Below are positions 1 to 11,184 of a DNA stretch of 64,000 nt, one piece after another. Position 1 is the stretch's first letter. Every line of letters begins with the position of its first letter. Both the position numbers and the translations under genes were made by a program. The notes under the pieces were generated by a model. That model was not told where the DNA came from, did no database searches, and saw only the letters and a list, made by a program, of their open reading frames with translations. Source of the DNA: Ilumatobacteraceae bacterium (GTDB lineage Bacteria > Actinomycetota > Acidimicrobiia > Acidimicrobiales > Ilumatobacteraceae); contig CAWDFZ010000005.1 of NCBI GenBank assembly GCA_963801795.1, positions 484,664 to 548,663 on the forward strand. The letters are read 5' to 3'.

Positions 1-1
1 G

Positions 2-88
2 GTCATGATCGACCAGTCGATGGTCGACATGTTCCGCGGCGGCCTGATCGCCCGCGGGTTCCGCCCGGCCGTGCATTCGCTGTCGTGA
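2..88 (+). CDS. 3' end of an upstream CDS, product unknown (partial)
   Basis: An open frame enters from the left edge: VMIDQSMVDMFRGGLIARGFRPAVHSLS*, with TGA at 86-88. It is too short to assign. Confidence 0.3.
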   Translation, partial: VMIDQSMVDMFRGGLIARGFRPAVHSLS

Positions 89-106
89 CCACGCTCAGCA
101 CGCGAC

Positions 107-1403
107 GTGCGCCCGATCCGTCGCGCCGACGGGCCGGTGGTGGCCGACGTCGCGGTTCCACCGTCGAAGAGCATCACGAACCGCGCCCTGATCTGTGCCG
201 CGCTCGTCGACGGCACGAGCGAGATCGTGGGCGTCGCGCCCGGCGACGACACGTCGGCGCTGATCGCCTGCCTCACCACCCTGGGGTGCGGGATCGGGAT
301 CCGCGAGACCGACGAGGGGACGTGCGCCGACGTCGTCGGCACGGGCGGCGTGTTCCCGCGCCGGCCGATCACGTTGCACGCCAAGCTCGCCGGCACCACG
401 TCGCGCTTCGTCACCGCGCTGGCGGCGCTCGAACGGCGGACCGTTCACGATCGACGGCGATCCGCCGCTGCGCAGCCGGCCGATGGAGCACCTGCACGAT
501 GCGCTCGTCGCCCTCGGCGCCACGGTCGAGCCGGGGGAGCGAGTGGGGACATCTCCCGGTCACGGTGTCGGGCCCGCTGCGCGGCGCCGACGCGGTGATG
601 ATGCCGGGCGACGTGTCGAGCCAGTACGTCACGGCCTTGATGCTGATCGCGCCCGCACGTTCCCGGCGGGCTGCATCTGTGGTTGTCGACGCCGCCCGTG
701 TCGGCGAGCTACCTCCAGATCACCAAGGCGGTGATGCGCGAGTTCGGCATGGCGCGACGTGGAGATCAGCGGCCGGCGGGTCGCGGTCCAGCCGGGCGTG
801 TACGAGCCGACCGAGTTCCGGGTCGAACCGGACGCCTCGTCGGCGAGTTATCCGCTCGCCGCCGCGGCGATGGTCGGCGGCGCCGTGTGCGTGCGCGGTC
901 TCGGGGCGGCGTCGGTGCAGGGTGACGCCCGGTTCGCCGAGGTGCTCGCCTCGATGGGGTGCGTCACGTCGACCGGCACCGACACGGTGGTGATGCGGCG
1001 CCGCGACACACCGCTGCGCGGGATCGACATCGACATGTCCGACATGTCCGATCTGGTCCCCACCCTCGCCGTGGTCGCGACGCAGGCGGTCACCCCGACC
1101 CGGATCACCGGGGTCGGTTTCATCCGGCGCAAGGAGAGCGACCGGCTCGGGCGATCTCGCCGACCGAACTCGCCAAGACCGGCGCATCGGTGATCGTCGA
1201 GGACGACGGGCTGCTCATCCGCCCGACCGACCTGCTCAACGGCGCCACACTCGACACGCACCACGACCACCGGTTGGCGATGGCGTTCGGGCTGCTCGGG
1301 CTCGTGGTCGACGGCATCGCAGTGTCGCGACCCTGCCGTCGTCTCGAAGAGCTGGCCCGGATTCTGGGACGCGCTCGACTCGATCCCGGCCCGTCACACG
1401 TGA
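107..1403 (+). CDS. aroA: 3-phosphoshikimate 1-carboxyvinyltransferase (EPSP synthase), frame-disrupted
   Basis: Motifs PPSKSITNRAL, GDVSSQYVTALMLIAP, EPDASSASYPLAAAA and DHRLAMAF are spread over ORF pieces 107..598, 483..734, 85..993, 683..925, 759..1193 and 959..1711 (at least 5 frame changes). The C-terminus, read by hand, is ...SKSWPGFWDALDSIPARHT* with TGA at 1401-1403. Confidence 0.9.
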
Positions 1404-2007
1404 CGCGGATCGCCGCGTTCGATCTCGACGGAACGCTCACCGACCGTGACTGCGTGGTGCCGTTCCTGCGGCGGGTGGCCGGCACGCCCCGGCTCGTCGC
1501 CGGCGTCGCCGCCCATCCGATCGACGTGTCGAAGGCGCTCGTCGGCCGCGACCGGGACGCCTTCAAGGCGCTCGCCACACGGGCCGCGTTCGCCGGCCGC
1601 CCGCTCGGAGTTCTGGAGCCGGCGCGCCGTCGAGTTCGCGGCGCTCGTCCACGGCGGCTGGTTGCGCACCGACACGCTGGCCACCCTGCAGGCCCACCTG
1701 GCCGCCGATGATCAGGTCGTGATCGTGTCGGCGTCGTTCGCGATCTACGTCGAGCCGCTCGCCGCGCTGCTCGGGGTGCATCAGGTGCTGGCGACGCGCC
1801 TCGCCGTCGGAGCGGACGGCCGGCTGACGGGCGAACTCGACGGCGCGAACTGCCGGGGCCCGGAGAAGGTGCGCCGCCTGCACGAGTGGCTCGACACGCG
1901 CGCACGGTGGACGATCCGCCGTCGAGGTCGTCGCCTACGGCGACTCGCCCGGCGACCGCGAGCTGCTCGCCGACGCCGACGAGCCCCACTGGGTCGGCAA
2001 GCCGTGA
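1400..2007 (+). CDS. HAD-IB family hydrolase/phosphatase (SerB-like), frame-disrupted
   Basis: GTG 1400 overlaps the aroA stop (GTGA). HAD motifs are AAFDLDGTLT (DxDxT), VIVSAS and YGDSPGDRELL. Pieces lie in 959..1711, 1446..2108 and a third frame ending ...DEPHWVGKP* at TGA 2005-2007. Confidence 0.8.
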
Positions 2008-2061
2008 CGCTGCGCGACAGATCACCGGATCGACGCACCCCAGCCGGTACCGTCGTCGGCC

Positions 2062-2936
2062 ATGTTCACGGCCCTGCTGCGCGAAGCGCAGGCCCAAGCA
2101 GTGGCTGAAGAACATCCTCGTGTTCGCCGCGCCCGGCGCGGCCGGCGTCCTCGATCAGCGCCACGAGCTGGTCCTCACGATCGTCACGTTCGTGGCGTTC
2201 TGCTTCGCCGCGAGCGGCATCTACTTCTGGAACGACCTGCTCGACGTCGACGCCGACCGGGTCCACCCGACCAAGCGCTTCCGGCCGATCGCGTCCGGCG
2301 AACTGACGCATCACCGCGGCCCGGGTCGCGGGCGTCGTGCTGCCACTGATCGGTCTCGGCTTGAGCGCGCTCACCGGACGGTGGCAGACCGTCGCCGTCG
2401 TCGCCCTCTACATCGTGACCACGCTGCTCTACACCGTCTGGTTGAAGCACGTCGCCGTGATCGACATCGTCACGATCGCCTCCGGGCTTCGTGCTGCGGG
2501 CCGCCGCGGGTGCCGTGGCCGTCGACGTGCCGATGTCGCGATGGTTCGTCCTGTGCATCACGTTCGGCTCGCTGTTCATCGTCATCGGCAAGCGCTACGC
2601 CGAGCTGATCGAGCTCGGCGAGGGCGCCGGCACCCGCGGCGACGCTCGAGGTGTACGACATCGGCTACCTGCGCATCCTGCTCGCGGTCAGCCTCGGCGG
2701 CGCCCTGCTCAGCTACTGCGTCTGGGCGTTCGAGACCGCCGCTGCTGTCGACCTCGGACCTGCCGCTGTACGAGTTGTCGATCGTGCCGATGTTGATCGC
2801 CCTGTTCCGCTATCTGCTGGTGCTCGAAACCGGTGACGGCGCAGCACCCGAGGAGGTCTTCTCCTCCGACCGGGTGCTGCAGCTCGCCGGGCTGTGCTGG
2901 CTCGTCGTCTATGGAGCTGCCGTCTATGTCTCATGA
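2062..2936 (+). CDS. Decaprenyl-phosphate phosphoribosyltransferase (UbiA family, Rv3806c-like DPPR synthase), frame-disrupted
   Basis: RPKQWLKNILVFAAP and NDLLDVDADRVHPTKRFRPIASG (NDxxDxxxD), with many TM segments. Pieces are 2062..2349, 1886..2608, 2337..2936, 2491..2796 and 2651..2836. Removing one base near 2091 restores ...LLREARPKQWLKN. The start is uncertain (ATG 2062, or GTG 2004 overlapping the HAD stop). Confidence 0.85.
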
Positions 2937-2987
2937 ACCGTCTCCGGCGACAACCGACCCTCGGGCGACCGTCCCGATCTGCCGGCG

Positions 2988-3718
2988 GTGATGACGCTCG
3001 TCGCCGACGTCGAGGGCTGGATGAGCCCCGGCCAGGCGGCGACGCTGTACGACTCGGCCACCCGCTGTCCCACCGGGCGGATCGATCGTCGAGATCGGCA
3101 GCTTCCGTGGCCGGTCGACGATCGTGCTGGCGTCGGCGGCCGCGCCCGACGTCGAGGTGATCGCCATCGACCCCCACGCCGGCAACGACCGGGGCCCGCA
3201 GGAGATCGACGGGTACGCCGCCGAGGCCGCCGACGACCACCAGGTGTTCCTCGCCAACCTGGAACGCGGCCGGCGTCGCCGATCGGGTGCAGCACCTGCG
3301 GATGTTCTCCGACGACGCCCTGACGTCGATCGTGCGACCCGATCGACGTGCTGTACATCGACGGCGCCCACCGGTACGCACCGGCGCTCGCCGACATCCG
3401 CAACTACGGGATCCGGGTGACCGACGGCGGCACGATGCTCATCCACGACTCGTTCTCGTCGATCGGCGTCACGCTGGCCATCGTGCGGGCGCTGGTGTTC
3501 GGCTCGACGTTCCGGTACGTCGGGCGATCGCGATCGATGACGATCTACCGGGCCGACCTGCGCCGCGTCGGGCACCGGGCGCGCCCGCAACGCCGCGCGC
3601 CAGCTCGCCCAGCTGCCGTGGTTCGCCCGCAACGTGGCGTTGAAGGTGCTCCTGACGCTCGGCGCTCGGCAAGGTGCTCGGTCGTCTCGGCCGGCCCGTG
3701 CCCGAGTGGCCGTACTGA
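2988..3718 (+). CDS. Class I SAM-dependent methyltransferase (Methyltransf_24-like), frame-disrupted
   Basis: LVADVEGWMSPGQAATLYD, VEIGSFRGRSTIVLA (Gly-rich SAM loop, read by hand), DVLYIDGAHRY and LIHDSF. Pieces are 2988..3323, 3124..3420, 3287..3643 and 3348..5153. The end is ...GRPVPEWPY* with TGA at 3716-3718. An earlier ATG at 2933 overlaps the upstream stop (ATGA) and may be the true start. Confidence 0.7.
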
Positions 3719-3767
3719 TTCGGTGGCCGTACGATTCGTCGACACGATCTGTAGCCTCGGGAGCCCT

Positions 3768-5139
3768 GTGAAGTCCGAACGCACCGCACTCGCCGGTTGG
3801 GGCGGCACCGCGCCCAGCGTGGCGACGGTGATCGACGTCCGCCCCGACGAGCTGGACGACGCCGGGGCGCTGCTGTCACAGATCGGTCCCCGCGGCGCCA
3901 TCGCTCGCGGCCTCGGGCGTTCGTACGGCGACCCGGCGCAGAACGGCGGCGGCACGGTGATCCGCCTCCAGCCGGGCGACGATCCGATCCGGCTCCACGC
4001 CGACACGGGCACGGTCACGGTCGACGCCGGCGTCAGCCTCGACGAGCTGCTGCGGGTGATCATCCCGCAGGGTTGGTTCGTGCCCGTGTCGCCCGGCACG
4101 CGCTTCGTCACCGTCGGCGGCGCGATCGCCAGCGACGTCCACGGCAAGGGCCATCACGTCGACGGCACGTTCGGCGCCCACGTCAGCGAGATCGAGATGC
4201 TGCTGGCCGACGGGAGCATGCGGACGATCACGCCGGCGTCCGATCCCGATCTGTGGTGGGCGACGATCGGCGGGATGGGCCTCACCGGGCTCATCCTGCG
4301 GGCCACGTTCGACCTGATCCCGATCGAGACCCAGCACATCCTGGTCGTCAACGAGCGGGTGCCGAACTTCGACTCGCTGCTCGAACGGATGGTCGCCGAG
4401 CGATCACCTCTACCGCTACTCGGTCGCGTGGATCGACCTGATCGCCACCGGGTCAGCAGCTCGGCCGGGCGGTGCTCGGCGCGGGGCAACCACGCCACGC
4501 TCACCGACCTGCGCGAGCACCACCCGCGTTCGGCGGCCGACCCGCTCGGCTTCGATCCGCCCGTGTTCCCCGACGTGCCACCCGGCGTGCCGAACGTGCT
4601 CAACCGGCACGCGGTCCGCGGCGTTCAACGAGGTCTGGTACCGCAAGACCCCGAAGATGCATCGCGGCACCGAGACGCTCACCGGCTTCTTCCACCCGCT
4701 CGACATGGTCGGGCGGTGGAACCGGCTGTACGGCCGGCACGGCTTCCTGCAGTACCAGTTCGTCGTGCCGTTCGAGGCGGTCGAGACGCTGCGCACCATC
4801 GTGGCCAAGGTGGCCGCCGGCGGCGATGCCGGATTCGTCAACGTGCTCAAGCGCTTCGGCGCCGAGAGCGGCGGCATGCTCAGTTTCCCCCAGCCGGGCT
4901 GGACGCTCACCGTCGACTTCCCGGCGGCGCCCGGGCGGCTGGCCGGCCTCCTCGACGAACTCGACCGGCTCGTGCTCGACGCCGGTGGGCGGCACTATCT
5001 CGCCAAGGACGCCACGGCCGGCCCGTCGATCATCCGCGCCGGTTATCCACGACTCGACGAGTGGAAGGCGGTTCGCGCGCGCGTCGATCCCGACGGCCGT
5101 TGGGCGAGCGACCAGGCGCGCCGACTCGACCTCTTATGA
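3768..5139 (+). CDS. dprE1: Decaprenylphosphoryl-beta-D-ribose oxidase (FAD, VAO-type), frame-disrupted
   Basis: GTG 3768 lies 5 nt after GGGAG. Motifs are LAGWGG, ARGLGRSYGD, TVGGAIASDVHGKGHH, FFHPLDMVGRWNRLYG and HYLAKD. The gene is read from the internal part of 3348..5153, a short double shift near 4390-4480, then 4657..5139. Confidence 0.9.
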
Positions 5140-5193
5140 CCGCGAAGCTCTGACCGCGAAGATCTGTACGCGAACCGACACGACAGGACCAAC

Positions 5194-5942
5194 GTGAACA
5201 ACGCCATCCAACAGCCCCAGACCATCCTCGTGCTCGGGGGCGGCAGCGACATCGCCCAGGCGATCGTGCACGAACTCGCTTCGCCCGCGCTACGGACCGT
5301 GATCCTCGCCGGCCGTCACACGCCGATCGAGCTGACGACGCCGCTCGATGATGCCGTCTCGGTCGTCTCCGTCGAGTTCGACGCCCTCGATCACGCCGGC
5401 CACGACGCGCTCGTGCGATCGATCGCCGACGAGCACGGCGACCTCGACGTGGTGATCCAGGCGTTCGGACAACTCGGTGACGACTCGGTGAACGACGACC
5501 CGGTGGCCGCCGCGGCGCTCGCCGAGGTCAACTACGTCGGCGCGGTCAGCTCGGGTCTGGCCGTCGCCGCGCCAACTCCGCACGCAGGGCCACGGGACGC
5601 TCGTCGTGCTGTCGAGCGTGGCGGGCGTCCGCACCCGCGCCTCGAACTTCGTCTACGGCTCGACCAAGGCCGCCCAGGACGCGTTCGCGACCGGCCTCGG
5701 CCACGCGCTGCACGGATCGGGCGCCAAGGTGCTCGTGGTGCGGCCCGGGCTTCATCCGCTCGAAGATGACCACCGGTGTCGCCGAGGCCCCGTTCGCCGC
5801 CGACGTCGACGTGGTCGCCGCCGCCGTGGCCAAGGGCCTGCGCAAGGGGAGCTCGGTCGTGTGGGCGCCGTCGATCCTGCAGGCGGTGTTCGGCATCCTC
5901 CGCTTCGCGCCGGCCCCGATCTGGCGCAGACTCGATCGCTAG
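5194..5942 (+). CDS. dprE2: Decaprenylphospho-2'-keto-ribose reductase (SDR), frame-disrupted
   Basis: It lies immediately after dprE1. Motifs are ILVLGGGSDIAQA (Rossmann) and SSVAGVRTRASNFVYGSTKAAQD (Ser...YxxxK). Pieces are 5194..5769 and 5606..5956, then ...ILRFAPAPIWRRLDR* with TAG at 5940-5942. Confidence 0.85.
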
Positions 5943-5974
5943 TGCTGTGCCGATGAGTTGGTGAGAGGGCGCCC

Positions 5975-8104
5975 ATGACGGTCGAACGGCAGCCGGCGCT
6001 CGACGGCGTGCGCGCCTTGGCGCTCGTGCTGGTGCTGTTCTTCCACGCCGGCTACTCGTGGATGCCGGCCGGGTACATGGGCGTCTCGGTGTTCTTCACC
6101 CTGTCCGGGTACCTGATCACCAACCTGCTGCTCACCGAGTTCGACGCGTCGAACGGGATCCGGCTCGGCACGTTCTACTCGCGGCGCTGGAAGCGGCTGC
6201 TCCCGGCCGGTTTGCTGTGCCTCGTCGGCATCGTGCTGCTGCGGTTCGCCGGTGCGTTCCGCGAGGTGCAACACCTGCGCGGCGACCTGACCGCGGCGAC
6301 GTTGCAGTTCTTCAACTGGACCGAGCTGTCGCGCGGAACGAGCTACGCCGACCTCTTCACCGCCTCGGCCGAGCAGCTGTCGCCCGTCAAGCACTACTGG
6401 TCGCTGGCGATCGAGGAGCAGTTCTACCTGCTGTGGCCCGTGGTCCTGTTGCTGCTCGCCCGTCACGCTCGCCGTCGGAACGTTTCGGTGCTCTGGCCGG
6501 TCGCCGCGCTCACCGCCGTGTTCGTCATCGCCGCGCCCGTCATCGGTCGGCTGTTCGGCCCGGATGCCGCGTACTGGGCGACGCCGGCCCGCTTCGGGGA
6601 GATCCTCGTGGGGGCCACGCTGGCCTGCGTGCTGCGTTCGCCATGGGCGTCCCGCCGTGCGCCGTCGGCACGTGTGGGGACGGCGCTCGCGGTCGGCTCG
6701 CTGGCGGTCATCGTGGCGTCGGCCGTGGTCCTGCCCTCCGACGGCGGCCCCGCGTTCGACGGTTGGCTCGGCCTCTTCGCGCTCGCCTCCGCCGGTCTGA
6801 TCGTCGGCCTGCAGGCACCCGGCCCGGTGCGTCGCGTGCTGTCGTGGCGCCCGCTCGTGCTGCTCGGACTGGTGAGCTACGGCGCCTACCTCTTCCACTG
6901 GCCGGTGTTCGTCCTGTTGTCGACTCGCGGTTGGTCGTTGTCGAACTCGCCGTCGTTCGTCGTCGCCGTGGCGATCACCCTGGGGTTGGCGGCGGTGTCG
7001 TACCGACTCGTCGAACACCCGATCCGGCTGCGGTCGTGGAGCCCCGGCCGCGTCGGTGGGGCCGCGATCGCGGCGAGCATCGCGACGCTCGTGGCCGTGT
7101 TGGTGGCACCGCCGTCGTCGGGTGGATTTCTCGTGGCCGACGAGGGTCTGCTCGATTCGGCCGCCATCCAGCCCGTCGCGCCATTCACCGAACTCGAACC
7201 GGTCACCGAACTCGAACCGGTCACGAACTCGCCGCCCGCCCACCTCGACGACCCTTCCCGCGGTCCCGACCCCGATCGCCGTCGCGGGCCGATCGCCCGG
7301 CCAGGGCGGCCCGGCCGTCGCCAGTGAGACCACGGGCCCGGCCACGACCTTGCACGACCGACGACCGTCCCGCCGACGAGTGGGCCGCTGGTCCCGCCCG
7401 CGTCCGTTCCGCTCCCGCTGACGCCGAACCGTCCGGTCCGGATCCTGGTCGTCGGCGACTCGACGGCGTTCTACGTCGGGCACGGTCTGGCACGTTGGGC
7501 CGTCGAGCATCCGGACCTGGCGCAGGTCGACCTGCTCTGGAGCCAGGGTTTCGGTCTCCTCACCGCCGGCACGGTCACGGCGTGGGACGGCACACAGTTC
7601 GCGCAGCGCTCGATCGAGGTGCTCGACGAGGACCTACCGGCCCAGATCGATCGCCTGCAGCCCGACGTGGTCGTGCTGATGACCACGATCGACGATGTCC
7701 TCGACCGCGTCTGGGATGACGCCGAGGGTGAGCTCTCCACGGAGGACGAGCGGTTCCAGACGCGCTTGCACCAGGCGTACCGCGATGCCACCGCGTCGAT
7801 CGTCGAGCAGGGTGTGCCGTCGGTCGTCTGGATCGTGCCTCCCGTGCCGGTCAGTTCCAGCACCGCGGTGGAACTGAACGACCCTGCGACGTTCGAGGCC
7901 CAGCACGAGGTCATCCGCCGCGTCGTGGAGGAATTCGCCCCGGCGACTTCGGCGGTCGAGCTCGACCGTTGGATGGTCGAGGGCGGCCACGCCACCGACG
8001 CGTCGTGGCGCCCTGACGGCACGCACCTCACCGAGGAGTCGGCAGCACTCATCGCCGAGCTGATGCTCGGCCCGACGCTGGTGAACACCGCCGTCGGCGC
8101 CTGA
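5975..8104 (+). CDS. Acyltransferase-3 (OafA/YrhL-like) membrane protein fused to a C-terminal SGNH/GDSL hydrolase domain
   Basis: The AT3 part is 5975..7327 (LDGVRALALVLVLFFH, SVFFTLSGYLIT, YGAYLFHWPV). A low-complexity linker follows with at least 1 frame change at ~7327-7420. The SGNH domain is in the frame of 7619..8104 (ILVVGDSTAFYVGH, WRPDGTHLTEE). The total of ~710 aa fits this architecture. Confidence 0.8.
7186..7221 (+). repeat. Perfect 18-bp tandem duplication inside the acyltransferase linker (encodes TELEPV x2)
   Basis: caccgaactcgaaccggt occurs twice in tandem, followed by a partial third unit, cacgaactcg. Confidence 0.85.
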
Positions 8105-8114
8105 CCGTTGATGA

Positions 8115-8150
8115 CCTGACCCCGCTTGATCGGTCAGTCAGCGGGGCAGG
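8115..8150. terminator. Hairpin between convergent genes (candidate bidirectional terminator)
   Basis: ccccgct (8120-8126) pairs with agcgggg (8140-8146), flanked by cctg/cagg. It lies between the stop at 8102-8104 (+) and the stop at 8138-8140 (-). There is no clear U-tract. Confidence 0.35.
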
Positions 8151-9863
8151 TCTTCGGGATCGACGTACAGCGGGTACTTGCCGGGGACGTCGGCCGGGCT
8201 CACGCCACCGCCGCCCTCGCACCGCTGGTACAGCAGGACGAGGTTCTCGTCGTACTGTTCCACGAGGCAGAAGTTGTCGGCGACCGCCTGGTTCGCCTCC
8301 TCGGAACGGTGGACCGCCGACGTGTTCGGTTCGATCCAGCCCGTCCAGAAGTTGGTCAGCACGAGGCAGTCGGCCGACTCGATGTCCTCGGCCAGCCCCG
8401 AGCCCGCGGTGTCGGCCAGGCCCGGATCCATCTCGATGAAGTAGGTGCGCCGGCACCAGTTCGGGGAACAGGTAGTAGAGGGCGACGTCGCTGTAGATCG
8501 TGCGGCTCAGATCGGCCGGGCCGACGACGATGCGGTCGCCCGGCTCGCTCAGCTCGTCGAGGTCGACGATCAGATCGTTGAGCGCCGCGGCGACGGTCGA
8601 GTGCGAACCAGAACCGGCGACCGTCACGTTCGACCTAGGAACGGCAGCGGCACGTCGCCGAACGAGACCCGGGTGTGCAGCAGGTAGTTGCGGTAGGTGA
8701 AGAACGGGGCGACCACGAACATCAGCACGCTCACGGCCACGACGCCGGCGACCTGGGCGACCCGTACCCGGCCCGGCCAGTGGCGCATCGTGATCTCGGT
8801 GATCGCCACGGCGAGCAGCGGCCACGAGACGACGGCCACCCAGGCCAGGTGCGTCGAGTCGGGTCGTTGGAGCGCCTGGGGCAGGATGCCGAGGCCGAGG
8901 AGCCCGGCCGACAGGAGGACGAACGTGCGCGGGGTCGAGTTGCCCCGGCGGCGCTGCCACCAGGCGACGAGCGGCACCGCGATGGCGATGATCACGACGG
9001 CGAAGAACCAGAGGAACAGCTGCTTGGACGCGTTCGAGCGCCGGGAAGCGCCACCACGGCGGCAGGCCTTCGGCGACCGCCTGCAGTGCGCCGTCGATCA
9101 TGTTCCACGACGGTGGTCGGGGGAGTTCGCGGCCGGCGCGGAGGCGGAACACCGGGTCGAGGAAGATCCCCTCGAACACGTTCCACGGCCCGGCGATCGA
9201 CGAGATGGACCCACATCGGGATCAGCCCGACGGCCGCTCCGATCAGCAGCGGCTTCCAGCGCCGCCGCCGATGGACCCAGACGGCGAAGAGGAGCGCGAG
9301 CGCCGATCGCCAGCACGATGTCGGGCCGGAACGTCAGGGCGATGCCGGCGAGCAGCCCGGCGATCACCCAGTTCGACGTCCGTCCGGTGCAGACGGCTCG
9401 CACGGCGAACACGATCGACCACAGGGCGAGCGCGAGCGCACCGTGCCAGGCCAGCGCCGACAGGCCGATCGGGGTCATGATCAGCACGGCCGTGATCCAC
9501 GCCGCGCCGACCGCCGCGACACGACCCCAGGCCCGCGTCAGCGCGTACATCGCCGAAGATGATCCCGAGGTGCTGGAGCAGGCCGAAGGTCCGTTCGGCC
9601 TCGAGCGTGTACCCGAAGACCCAGTACCAGAGGGCGAGCAGGTCGAGCGAGCCGGGCCCGTACAGGTGCAGGAAGTCGACGTTGGGGATCTTGCCCTGCT
9701 GCACCAGGCGGGGGAAGACGAGCATGAAGCCCTCTTCCATCGACGACCCGGTCGTCTGGAACAGGCCCTTCACGGGCAGGGCCACGACCGCCAGCACGGC
9801 GAGCGACGGCGAGCCCGCCGCGCCACGACCACCGCAACCGGCCACCGAGCACGAACGGCCCAT
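8138..9863 (-). CDS. Polytopic membrane protein, GT-C-like glycosyltransferase candidate, frame-disrupted
   Basis: Chained minus-strand pieces are 9243..9956, 9098..9550, 8049..9179, 8624..8995 and 8138..8431. There are many TM helices (LAVLAVVALPV, AAWITAVLIMTPIGLSALAW, LLSAGLLGLGILP) and a soluble C-terminus, ...NFCLVEQYDENLVLLYQRCEGGGG. I recognise no specific family. The start is uncertain (ATG 9863 or 9956). Confidence 0.55.
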
Positions 9864-9975
9864 CGGGAACGACGGTCGACGTCGACGTCGGATTGTTCGA
9901 GCAGGTCGGTCAAGCCCCGAGATGGTATCCAGCTCGACGCCGCCGATCCCGGCCACACGGCCTATCGTCGTGGCG

Positions 9976-11146
9976 ATGTCGGGACGCGGACCTGCAGTGG
10001 TACGTCGACGACCTCGTCGGCTCGGGCGTCCGGCGGGTCCACGTGCTCGCCTGGCGCGACCTCGACGATCCCGACGCCGGCGGGTCCGAGGTGCACGCCG
10101 ACGAGTTCATGCGCCGCTGGGCCGCCGCCGGGCTGGAGATCACGCACCGCACGTCGGCGGCGATCGGCCAACCGGCCACCGCACGACGCAACGGCTACGA
10201 CGTGGTCCGCCGCGGGAGCCGCTACACCGTGTTCCCGCGGGCCGATCGCCGGCGAGATCGACGCGGACGATGGGTCGCTACGACGCCATCGTCGAGATCT
10301 GGAACGGCGTCCCGTGGTTCTCGCCGGTGTGGCGCCGCACGCCGGGGATCACGTTCCTCCACCACGTCCACGGCCCGATGTGGGACCAGATCCTGCCCGG
10401 GCCCACTGGCCTCGTTCGGGCGGGCGCTCGAGGCCCGGCTGGCGCCGCCGTTCTACCGCCGCGGCCTGACGGTGACCCCGTCCGACGCCACCCGGGACGA
10501 GCTGCTCGAACTCGGCTTCCACCCCGATCGGGTCACGGCGATCCCCAACGGCACCGACCCGATGTTCAGCCCGGGCGGGCAGCAAGACGGCGAACCCGTC
10601 GATCGTCGCGGTCGGGCGCCTCGCACCCGTGAAGCGCTTCGAGCTGCTGATCGACTCGGCCGTCACCGCCCGCCGCACGCGTGCCCGGGCTCACGCTGAC
10701 GATCGTCGGGGAGGGGCCCGAACGCGACGCGCTGCGTCGACCTGGTCGACGCGGCGCGACGCCGGCGACTGGGTCCGCTTCGCCGGACGGGTCGACCACG
10801 CCGACCTCGTCGATCTCTACCGGCGCGCCTGGATCGTGGCCAGCGGCTCGCTCGCCGAGGGCTGGGGCCTGAGTCTCACGGAGGGTGCCGGCTGCGGAAC
10901 GCCGGCCGTGGCCACCGACATCCGCGGCCACCGCAGCAGCGTCGTCGACGGCGTCACCGGCATCCTCGCGCGCGCCCGACCGAGCTCGGCGACGCGAACT
11001 GGCCCGTGTCCTGCTCGACGACGCACTCGCGCCTGCGCCTCGGCCAGGCGGCGCTCGAACGGGCCCGCACGCTCACCTGGGACGCCTCGGCGCTCGGGAT
11101 CATCGAGGTCCTGCACCGCGGCGACGTGACCGGTCGGCTGACATGA
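9976..11146 (+). CDS. GT4-family glycosyltransferase, frame-disrupted
   Basis: VHVLAWRDLDDPDAGGSEVHA, PDRVTAIPNGTD, LTIVGEGPERDAL and EGWGLSLTEGAGCGTPAVATD (the GT4 E-x7-E region). Pieces are 9893..10699, 9559..10632, 10629..11129 and 10885..11763. The end is ...HRGDVTGRLT* with TGA at 11144-11146. The start is uncertain (ATG 9976 requires a shift). Confidence 0.8.
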
Positions 11147-11184
11147 CGGTCCGATGGCAACCGCCAGTAGGGTGTCGCACCGAT

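Noticed and set aside
5939-7510. Long antisense or overlapping ORFs. Examples: 5939..7510(-) 523 aa, 8697..10469(+) 590 aa, 10817..12172(-) 451 aa, 12264..13868(-) 534 aa, 24868..26715(+) 615 aa, 54846..56153(-) 435 aa and 57425..58987(+) 520 aa.
   Set aside because: Their translations are dominated by Arg/Pro/Gly/Ala/Asp runs with no recognisable motifs. They lie opposite or out of frame to genes with strong family signatures. This is typical shadow-ORF behaviour in ~70% GC DNA.
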